NCBI GenBank assembly: GCA_001192655.1
Contig: BBVC01000104.1
Location: 1-8,203, forward strand
Origin: Caedimonas varicaedens
Lineage (GTDB): Bacteria; Pseudomonadota; Alphaproteobacteria; Caedimonadales; Caedimonadaceae
Reading direction: 5' to 3'
DNA: 8,203 nucleotides
Positions 1 to 6,679 of the stretch are shown here, one piece after another; position 1 is the first letter of the stretch, and every line of letters begins with the position of its first letter. Both the position numbers and the translations under genes were made by a program. The notes below the pieces were generated by a model. That model was not told the DNA's origin, did no database searches, and was given only the letters and a program-made list of their open reading frames with translations.

Positions 1-380
1 AGCTATAGCTATAAACGATGCGCATTTGATTGCATCTCGCTCTTTGTATCCGTAAGTCTTTTTTTTCGTGTGAAATTGATCTTTTGCAGACAATGGCTCA
101 TTGTTTGGCGACTCATCGTTCCATCCCAAGCATTAGCCATTTCTGATTGTGTCTTATGTACATGGGTCTGTGCAAACAGTTTAAAAGCTTCCCAATCTGC
201 CACTTTATGACCATAGCCAACACTCCGGGGCTTCCTTGAACGAAAGTCATCGCTTTCATGGCGACGCTGTTGCTATTCGTAAACAGTAGTAGTCTTGCCA
301 ATTTGAAATTGATCAGAAACTAGGGCCATACTGACACCTGAATCCAACAGATTCATCACTTTTTTCCTTAAATCATAAAA
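1..380 (-). pseudogene. IS630/Tc1-mariner-family transposase, N-terminal DNA-binding part. It is interrupted by in-frame TAG codons and truncated by the window edge.
   Basis: One minus-strand frame reads FYDLRKKVMNLLDSGVSMALVSDQFQIGKTTTVYE*QQRRHESDDFRSRKPRSVGYGHKVADWEAFKLFAQTHVHKTQSEMANAWDGTMSRQTMSHCLQKINFTRKKRLTDTKSEMQSNAHRL*L*. The layout matches what I recall of IS630-family N-termini: DLRxKV, a first HTH ending in TVYxW, then a second HTH ending in (I/F)TRKK. The TAG at 273-275 sits where the conserved W is expected. No in-frame ATG lies upstream of the DLR motif. Track ORF 9..203 is only the part of this frame after that stop. Confidence 0.65.
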
Positions 381-631
381 CTATAAGCAGCAGGAATGGA
401 CGCCTCCTCTCGGTAGTTGGGAAAGCATCATATACCAAATCGGACTATTATGAGAAGAGCTATATATTAGATTTTGACCAAATCTTAAAAGATTAAACAT
501 AGATAGACATTTATTTTTCATTGTTGTGGGGTCTTGGCTTTAGAAACCTTTTTTATTCAAATCCTTGATAGAATTTGAGAGAGGAACGCCTTAAGCTGGA
601 TACCCCACATTTGAAAGTCAAAGAGTGAAAT

Positions 632-660
632 AAAAGGGATGTTGGATTCCCTTTTATTTT
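632..660 (-). terminator. Symmetric hairpin resembling a Rho-independent terminator, about 120 nt downstream of cdd. It could terminate transcripts from either strand.
   Basis: AAAAGGGA (632-639), loop TGTTGGAT (640-647), TCCCTTTT (648-655), followed by ATTTT on the plus strand. On the minus strand the same 8-bp stem forms, with its 3' arm UCCCUUUU followed by AUUUC. The stem has only 3 G-C pairs, so this is a moderate call. Confidence 0.45.
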
Positions 661-778
661 CTTATAGAGCTCGTAATGAACTTTCTTTGATTTTTTCGCC
701 TTTATCCCTATGAGCTGCATACCCATCCGCGCAAAAGTTTCAAACCCAGATGAGCTTCAAGTACGATGGGTATAGAAA

Positions 779-1180
779 TTACGTCATTTGAAAGCTATGA
801 GGAAGCATCATCCCGATAGAAGATTCATTCCATCCATTTTCTGCTCGATGGAAAATAGCTGCTTCTTTATTGCTAAATTCCGCAATAACCTGACGGCAAG
901 CACCGCAAGGGGTGCACTCATTCTCATTATCTGAGGTGAAAACAGCGACAGCTTTGATCTGCATATTTTTTCCTTCTGCAGCAACAGCCTGAAAGACGGC
1001 ATTTCGCTCAGCACAAACCGTAAGCCCATAACTGACATTCTCTACATTGCAACCTTCGTATATATTTCCTGCTTCTGTCAGAACAGCAGCACCTACATGA
1101 AATTTTGAATAAGGTGCATAAGATTTTTGGCAAGCCGCTTCAGCTTTTGCTATAAGATTTTTTTTAATATCAGGGGTCAT
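779..1180 (-). CDS. cdd: Cytidine deaminase, small homotetrameric type (133 aa)
   Basis: The zinc-binding and catalytic motifs CAERNA and PCGACRQ are present, and the size is typical. A GAGGA Shine-Dalgarno lies about 7 nt upstream inside the glyS 3' end. The ATG overlaps the glyS TGA stop (ATGA, 1177-1180). The stop codon is TAA at 779-781. Confidence 0.9.
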   Translation of the reverse strand: MTPDIKKNLIAKAEAACQKSYAPYSKFHVGAAVLTEAGNIYEGCNVENVSYGLTVCAERNAVFQAVAAEGKNMQIKAVAVFTSDNENECTPCGACRQVIAEFSNKEAAIFHRAENGWNESSIGMMLPHSFQMT

Positions 1181-3291
1181 AGCGTGTCCTCAATTTTTGA
1201 AAAGTCAGCAATCTTTTCTATGGTTAATCTAAAAAAAGATAATGTTCTTAATCGATTGGCTCGTATTTTAGGATTATCTGCGTTCACTTTAACATCATTA
1301 AAATAGGTGTCAATCACAGGTTTAAGCATTGCCAGCTCGTTCATGACTGAGGCGAAATTATGAGATTTAAAAGCTTCCTGAAAAGAAGGCACCAACTTTT
1401 GCAAAGCTTCGAAAAGCTGTATCTCAGCTTTTTCTTCCAGAAGACTTTTATCTACTTCTCCACGATAATCAATACGATCTTTGCCTTCTTCAATGCGAAT
1501 GATATTGCAAGCACGACGATAGGCGGAAAGAAGCGCATTGCCCGTCTCGTTTTTACTCTTGAGAAATTTTTGAAGCACCTGACAGCGTCGTTTTAAAACA
1601 TACAGCGTATCATCTCGGCCTACGCTAAACGCCGCTGCCATCACATCATGAGAAATTCCCTGGTCTCGCCAATAGATTTTCAGGCGTTCGACAAAGAACT
1701 CTCTCAGTTGCCCATCAAGAGATTCAAGAGGAATAATCCCTGGCTTCTCTCTCAGGCAGTTATAAATCCACGATAAAAAATCATCAAAATTGAAGTCTTT
1801 TTTTTCATCTTCCAAAAGGCGAATAATCCCCAGCGCTGTTCGACGAAGGGCATAAGGATCCTTCGAGCCTGTTGGTTTGATGCCCATCGCAAAAAAGCCG
1901 ATCAGCGTATCAAATCGATCGATTAAAGCGAAGAATCGTCCCAACTCGGAAGCAGGAAGCTGGTCTTGACTTCCCCGGGGCGAATAATGTTCTTCGATGG
2001 CCTGTGCGTCCTGAGGTTCTGCTCCCTGGGCAATGGCGTAGTATTTCCCCATGGTTCCCTGGAGTTCAGGAAATTCACCCACCATTTCCGTGACAAGATC
2101 CGCTTTAAGGATTTCAATCCATTTTTGGCAATTTCCTGGGCTGATGCCGAACTTTGGCGCCAGAAACTCTGCGGCTATTTTCAGTCGATCAACTTTTTCT
2201 GCCATCGTTCCCAGCAAATCATGAAAAATAACGTTTTGAAGTTTTTTGGCATGTTCTTGCAAAGATATTTTTTTATCCTGCTCATAGAAAAACTGCGCAT
2301 CAGCAAGGCGTGCTTTCAGGACGCGCTCATTGCCGAGAACAATTTTTTTTCCTTTATCTCGCGCCTTTGTATTAGCCACAATAATAAAGGAAGAAGCCAA
2401 GGCTCCCTCTGGTGTTTCCAGGGCGAAATAACGTTGATGGACGCGCATGGATGTGACCAAAACCTCGGGTGGAAGCGACATAAAGGAAGGATCAATAGAC
2501 CCTGTAAAAAAGACAGGCCATTCCACAAGTCCGGTAACTTCCTCGAGCAAACCAGGATCATGGTGTAACTGATAGCCCATTTCTTCTGCCAGTTTTTGTA
2601 CTTCTGTCAGAATTTCTGCTTTTCTCTCTTCCTGGTCGAGGATAACGTGACGGGCGCGAAGCTCACGACTGTATTGCGTAAAATTTTTGACCTTAAAAGG
2701 CTCAGGATTCAGAAAACGGTGACCATAACTTATATCATTAAAATAAACGCGAGGAGCATCAGGGTCTTCTTCTTTCCCCATTAACACCTCAAAGAGAATG
2801 GTCTGCTCGTCAAAAACGCATACACCCGAGTGCAGAGGACGGACCCATGAATGCTGGCTTGCTGCCCATCGCATAGACTTCGGCCAGGGAAATTCATAGA
2901 TTATTTCTCGAATAACCTGAGGCAAGATATCCCGGATTTTTTGTCCCTGCTTTTTAAGAGTAAGGAAATAAAAGGAACCTTTTGGTGTTTCGCGCTGCTC
3001 ACATTCCCTGAGTGTGACGCCGGCAGATGCAAGGAAACCTTCAATGGCAGGGGAAGGGGCGTCAATGCGGGGGCCGCGCCGTTCTTCTTCCCAATCCTCT
3101 TGTTTTTCCGGCAGATCTTTTGCATGCAGGACAAGTCGGCGTGGTGTGACATAGGTATTCACGGAACCAAAAGGGATCCCCCGCCTGGTCATTTTTTCGC
3201 TAAAGAGAGATTTAAAGTTTTTTGCAGCGTCTGTCTGCATGCGGGCAGGGATTTCTTCAGAGAAAAGTTCGATAAGAAGTTCCTTGAACAT
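1177..3291 (-). CDS. glyS: Glycine--tRNA ligase beta subunit (704 aa)
   Basis: The protein is collinear along its full length with my recollection of bacterial GlyS. Recognisable blocks include LLIELFSEEIPARM, PRRLVLH, PWPKSMRWA, VRPLHS, GHRF, LLEEVTGLVEWPV, GNERVLKARLADAQFFYEQD, KADLVTEMVGEFPELQGTMG and SKDPYALRR. Its start codon overlaps the glyQ stop by one base. Confidence 0.97.
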   Translation of the reverse strand: MFKELLIELFSEEIPARMQTDAAKNFKSLFSEKMTRRGIPFGSVNTYVTPRRLVLHAKDLPEKQEDWEEERRGPRIDAPSPAIEGFLASAGVTLRECEQRETPKGSFYFLTLKKQGQKIRDILPQVIREIIYEFPWPKSMRWAASQHSWVRPLHSGVCVFDEQTILFEVLMGKEEDPDAPRVYFNDISYGHRFLNPEPFKVKNFTQYSRELRARHVILDQEERKAEILTEVQKLAEEMGYQLHHDPGLLEEVTGLVEWPVFFTGSIDPSFMSLPPEVLVTSMRVHQRYFALETPEGALASSFIIVANTKARDKGKKIVLGNERVLKARLADAQFFYEQDKKISLQEHAKKLQNVIFHDLLGTMAEKVDRLKIAAEFLAPKFGISPGNCQKWIEILKADLVTEMVGEFPELQGTMGKYYAIAQGAEPQDAQAIEEHYSPRGSQDQLPASELGRFFALIDRFDTLIGFFAMGIKPTGSKDPYALRRTALGIIRLLEDEKKDFNFDDFLSWIYNCLREKPGIIPLESLDGQLREFFVERLKIYWRDQGISHDVMAAAFSVGRDDTLYVLKRRCQVLQKFLKSKNETGNALLSAYRRACNIIRIEEGKDRIDYRGEVDKSLLEEKAEIQLFEALQKLVPSFQEAFKSHNFASVMNELAMLKPVIDTYFNDVKVNADNPKIRANRLRTLSFFRLTIEKIADFSKIEDTL

Positions 3292-4181
3292 TAAGATATA
3301 CTCTGTTTTGATTCATAGGTTTCCATATAAAGTTCACAACATCCTTTTGCAAGAACACGCACGCGAGAGATATAACTAGCGCGTTCCATAACACTAATGA
3401 CGCCCCGTGCTTGCAACAGATTGAAACAGTGGCTTGCTTTCACACATTGTTCATAGGCGGGCAAAGGTAATTTTGCCTGTAATAAAACAGCACACTCTTC
3501 CTCGGCATCCTTAAAATGCTGTAGAAGTTTATGTGTATTGGCATAGACAAAATTATAGGCGGACATCTCTCTTTCATTGCGTTTGAAGACATCGCTATAA
3601 GTCATCTTCGCGCGTCCTTCACTTCCGTTCCAATCAATGTCGTAAAGACTGTCGACTTCTTGTATGCCTTGCATTGTCATACGCTCAAGCCCATAAGTAA
3701 TCTCTGCAGAGACAGGATGACACTCGATTCCGCCAACTTGTTGAAAATACGTAAACTGCGTGATTTCCATCCCGTCACACCAGACTTCCCAGCCTAATCC
3801 TGAAGCACCTAGCGTCGGGCTTTCCCAGTCATCTTCCACAAAACGGATATCATGCTCTTGCGGGTCAATCCCCACAAGCCTGAGACTTTCCAGATAAAGT
3901 TCCTGAACATTAGGGGGAGAGGGCTTTAAAATGACTTGAAATTGATGGTGTTGCTGAACACGATTGGGATTTTCTCCATACCGCCCATCAGCCGGTCGGC
4001 GCGAGGGCTGAACAAACGCAGCGCGCCAGGGATCAGGACCCAAGGGGCGAAGCGTTGTTGCGGGGTGAAAAGTGCCTGCACCCATTTCCAGATCATAAGG
4101 CTGAAGGATGACGCATCCTTGTTGAGACCAGAAATTTTGCAGTTTTAGAATAATTTCTTGAAAAGATAGCTTTTTGCTCAT
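3291..4181 (-). CDS. glyQ: Glycine--tRNA ligase alpha subunit (296 aa)
   Basis: Strong recognisable GlyQ blocks are present: [92 protein letters not shown] and EITYGLER. The TAA stop at 3291-3293 overlaps the glyS ATG at 3289-3291 (TAATG on the coding strand). Confidence 0.97.
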
Positions 4182-4305
4182 AACGGCACTTTCATTTCTT
4201 GATGGGTAGCAGTCTACGAAGGTTCCAAAAAAGAATCAAGAGCACAGATGCTATTTTTATGATTACAATACAACCGTTTCAGTTTAGAATAAGTGACTCA
4301 CTTCA

Positions 4306-4323
4306 CTAGACACTGTTATCAAA
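4306..4323 (+). repeat. Left terminal inverted repeat of the IS5-family element
   Basis: CTAGACACTGTTATCAAA at 4306-4323 is the exact reverse complement of 5127-5144. Confidence 0.9.
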
Positions 4324-4328
4324 GGTAA

Positions 4329-5131
4329 TCATGTGCTATAGGCTGTCTTTTCAAGAAGGACACAACGCTGGATACACGCTTATTTCCTGTCACTCCTCTA
4401 TTTTTTAAGCAAGAGATTCTTCCTGTTATTGAGGGCCAATATATTTAGAAGGGTAGACCTCCCAAGATCAGCCATTTCAATGTTTTCTGCGCTATTTTGT
4501 ACGTTTTGCGGACAGGTATTCCTTGTCGTGATTTACCTTCCTGTTATGGGAATTGGCACGCTATTTATCTTCGATTCAAACGAGGAAGTGAACGAGGCTT
4601 GTGGTAGTCTATTCTTTCCAGGTTACAGCAACCCAAGAAATTAACGATGAATATCGTTTTGGCAGCAGACTCCACCACTTTCACGGTTCATCGTCACGAA
4701 GGTGGTCAAAAAGGGGGCAGTTTTCACGGGGAAAGAATCGTGCAGGGATCACCACAAAGTTGCACTTAGCCATTACCGCGGAAAGTCATGTGGTTGAAGG
4801 ATTTCTTACGGGCGGCAATGTCTCAGACATGACAGTTGCCGATGAGTTAACCGCAGAAGTGGTGGGATGTTATGTCGTCGAAGACATGGGATATGATAGC
4901 AACACCCATCGGGTCACATTGGTTTCAAACAACAATGTGCCTGTAATTCCAGGAAGAAAAAATCGTAAGGAGCCGATCATTTATGACAAAATTATTTACA
5001 AATTACGGAAACGAATTGAAATATTTTTTGGAAAAATCAAGGAAAACAGAAGATTGTCGGTCCGTTACAATAAGCTGGATGTCACCTTTCTTTCCTTCAT
5101 TGCGTTGGCAGCCATTAATATTAACATTTGA
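4329..5131 (+). pseudogene. IS5-family DDE transposase (DDE_Tnp_1 type), disrupted
   Basis: N-terminal part, codons starting at positions divisible by 3 (4329-4718): ...FKQEILPVIEGQYI*KGRPPKISHFNVFCAILYVLRTGIPCRDLPSCYGNWHAIYLRFKRGSERGLW*SILSRLQQPKKLTMNIVLAADSTTFTVHRHEGGQKGG. It has TAG codons at 4446-4448 and 4605-4607 and no in-frame ATG.

C-terminal part, in the -1 frame from about 4712: RGQFSRGKNRAGITTKLHLAITAESHVVEGFLTGGNVSDM...VVEDMGYDSN...RIEIFFGKIKENRRLSVRYNKL. This carries the DDE-type blocks DST, D(M)GYDS and E..F(G)K.K..RR...RY.K.

Track ORF 4601..5131 covers the C-terminal part plus an out-of-frame leader. Confidence 0.8.
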
Positions 5132-5144
5132 TAACAGTGTCTAG
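5127..5144 (+). repeat. Right terminal inverted repeat of the IS5-family element
   Basis: TTTGATAACAGTGTCTAG at 5127-5144 is the exact reverse complement of 4306-4323. The transposase stop TGA (5129-5131) lies inside it. Confidence 0.9.
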
Positions 5145-5319
5145 CGGTCGATTAAATACGAAGAAGTGTTTTTGAAAGACTATGAATCTTTGGTAGAGGC
5201 ACGAAACGCTATCGCTGCTTATAACGCCTGATCTGGTCTACGAAGAAAATAAAGTGGTGAAATTATCACCCAAAACAGTCTCACATTTTAACTAAAATTG
5301 CTCTAGACAATGGGGGTCA
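5145..5319 (+). pseudogene. 3'-terminal remnant of an IS3-family element: the end of the OrfB/integrase-core transposase plus a probable right inverted repeat
   Basis: 5145-5228 translates RSIKYEEVFLKDYESLVEARNAIAAYNA, followed by a TGA stop at 5229-5231. This matches the recalled IS3-family C-terminal pattern (S/T)LK.E.V(Y/F)L..Y....EA...I..Y..FYN. The expected RPH..L block is missing. The homology resumes one frame over at 5227-5292 as PDLVYEENKVVKLSPKTVSHFN, with a TAA stop at 5293-5295, which implies an internal deletion. CAATGGGGGTCA, ending at 5319, resembles IS3-family right ends that finish in CA. The exact right boundary is uncertain. Confidence 0.5.
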
Positions 5320-5752
5320 CCATTGATTTTCGCTCTCCGTCCGTACCGCTGTTCAGGTGAGGTGCGTTATATCGGTGGAGATTTAGGGGGAAGGGAGTCT
5401 TTTTTGGCAATCACTCTGCCTGGGATATTATGATGCCCAAGGACACTTGAAAAATGAAAGAGAGGTGAAGGGGCAGCACGGTCACTAGCGTGCTCATTAC
5501 TTCGGTCATCTGTGTGTGCTATTGACAACGATTCTTTGCTTGGATAAAACCCGCAAAAAGACTCTTGACTCGATTCGATAATTTGCTCTTCTTAAAACGC
5601 CCAATTTAATCTCTTAACAGTGACAGAGTCAGCATCAGATATGCAACATTCAGAAAACGTCAATAATATCTCTTTAGACTGATAACGATTTACAGTCTAG
5701 GAATCCACCTACCAACTTCTAGTGGGTAGTGCTTGAGTGTCAATAGGAAATT

Positions 5753-6610
5753 TTATAATTTGAATGCGGGCAAGACGTAAGTAGGATGGATGTCCTTGTA
5801 TTTTGTTGATTGCTCTAACCGCTCGCGTGCTGCCTCATTTAGGCCGAATTCCTGTTCAGACAAACCGGTCAGCACTAATGCCGCATCAATCCCCATAACA
5901 TTTGCTCCCTTGATATCCGTTGCAAGAGAGTCTCCAATGACAAGAACGTCTCCAGTATCTGTAATTCCCATTTTCTTTAGCAAATTCCTGTAAATTTCTG
6001 GATAGGGTTTCCCGTGATATTTTACGATGCCTCCCAGGGATTGGTAACGAGCGGCAACTGTGCCGGCACATAAAGTAACTTTCCCGCCTGAAATAACTGA
6101 AATATCCGGGTTAACGCAAACCATAGGTACGGAAAGTTGTTGGGCTTTCTGTAAAACGTGGTCGAAATCTTCGGGCTGTACCATTTCAGGTCCTGTATTC
6201 ATGATGAACGAAGCACTTTCAATTTGGTCAACGAGAGTGAGGTTCAGATCTTGAAAAAGCTGAGAGTGCATATGAAGGCTTAAAGGATAAGCATTAATTC
6301 CCAACTGGGTATAAAAAGGGTCTATTTTTTCTGAAATTGTTTCGTACGCATCTTCCCCTGATGTATGAAGTCCATTGTAATATTCGGATTTGACTCCCAA
6401 TCTCTCAAGCTGTTCAGCAACAATACTGGATCGTCGAGGAGAATTGGACAGAAAGTAAACTTTTTTTCCTCGACGCTGAAGTTCAATAAGACAATCTTCC
6501 ACTTTTGGATACGTTTTGGTGCCGTCATGGATGACGCCCCATAGATCGACAATGTACGTGTTATATTTATCGACTATTGTATCTAAACCATCTATATAGA
6601 GAATGGACAT
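5753..6610 (-). CDS. HAD-superfamily hydrolase, subfamily IIA-like (285 aa). It resembles the TIGR01459-type family.
   Basis: HAD motifs appear in the expected order: motif I VDLWGVIHDG, motif II FLSNSPR, motif III HGKPYPEIY and motif IV VIGDSLATDIKGA. A cap-sized insert lies between motifs II and III, as in class IIA. The stop codon is TAA at 5753-5755. Confidence 0.85.
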   Translation of the reverse strand: MSILYIDGLDTIVDKYNTYIVDLWGVIHDGTKTYPKVEDCLIELQRRGKKVYFLSNSPRRSSIVAEQLERLGVKSEYYNGLHTSGEDAYETISEKIDPFYTQLGINAYPLSLHMHSQLFQDLNLTLVDQIESASFIMNTGPEMVQPEDFDHVLQKAQQLSVPMVCVNPDISVISGGKVTLCAGTVAARYQSLGGIVKYHGKPYPEIYRNLLKKMGITDTGDVLVIGDSLATDIKGANVMGIDAALVLTGLSEQEFGLNEAARERLEQSTKYKDIHPTYVLPAFKL

Positions 6611-6679
6611 TGTGATATACCTGTCATTTATTTTTTCTAGTAATAGAAGAGTTTAAAAAGGTTGTAAAGCGCTGACTCA

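Larger units (their letters stand above)
4306..5144 (+). mobile_element. IS5-family insertion sequence, small ~0.84 kb type (IS427/IS1031-like group). The ends are complete and the coding capacity is degraded.
   Basis: Perfect 18-bp terminal inverted repeats bracket a DDE transposase reading frame. The outermost CTAG on each side could be part of the inverted repeat or a palindromic 4-bp (or TA 2-bp) target duplication. If so, the element proper would be 4310-5140 or 4309-5141. Confidence 0.85.

Noticed and set aside
113-301. 62-aa minus-strand ORF upstream of and overlapping the IS630-like fragment
   Set aside because: It lies in a different frame from the one carrying the transposase homology, and its sequence has no recognisable motif. 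The homologous frame runs straight through this region, interrupted only by one TAG.
556-564. TTCAAATCC string resembling a tRNA T-loop
   Set aside because: It lacks the preceding GG and a complementary T-stem, and no acceptor, D or anticodon arms can be built around it.
719-773. 9-bp inverted repeat ATACCCATC/GATGGGTAT just downstream of the cdd stop, considered as the operon terminator
   Set aside because: The loop is 37 nt and no U-tract follows on the coding strand. The hairpin at 632-655 is a better terminator candidate. The repeat is mentioned only as context in a finding.
808-1038. 76-aa ORF overlapping cdd in another frame
   Set aside because: The cdd frame carries the complete zinc-binding motifs, and this frame shows nothing recognisable.
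1966-2568. 200-aa plus-strand ORF. Other antisense or alternative-frame ORFs inside glyS are 1360..1596, 1923..2117, 2316..2561, 2596..2784, 2851..3294 and 2901..3152.
   Set aside because: All are nested within the full-length, strongly conserved glyS frame. Their translations are low-complexity, rich in F, L, K and R, and have no ribosome-binding site. This is the usual behaviour of alternative frames within and opposite a long gene.
3531-4148. Two plus-strand ORFs (3531..3797 and 3936..4148) antisense to glyQ
   Set aside because: They are nested in the highly conserved glyQ frame and have no motifs or start context.
4182-4305. Possible T-box or other leader riboswitch upstream of glyQS
   Set aside because: Only 124 nt are available. 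I saw no T-box consensus (AGGGTGG.ACCGCG-like) and no specifier-loop architecture.
4429-4644. 71-aa ORF inside the IS5-family element
   Set aside because: It is out of frame relative to the transposase homology. The conserved GRPPK...ILYVLRTG...RDLP block is in a neighbouring frame.
5349-5400. GCTGTTCAGGTGAGGT segment superficially like the conserved SRP (4.5S) RNA region
   Set aside because: It lacks the GGAA tetraloop and the AGCAGCC motif, and has no complementary 5' and 3' helix.
5413-5511. 32-codon minus-strand ORF encoding a hydrophobic peptide (MTEVMSTLVTVLPLHLSFIFQVSLGIIISQAE), considered as a type I toxin-like small protein
   Set aside because: It has no Shine-Dalgarno sequence, no charged tail, no flanking antisense-RNA architecture that I can see, and it sits in IS debris. 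It is indistinguishable from a chance ORF.
5790-6552. Short ORFs inside or antisense to the HAD gene (5790..5993, 5886..6071, 6060..6254, 6322..6552)
   Set aside because: They are nested in the HAD frame, which carries all four HAD motifs in order.
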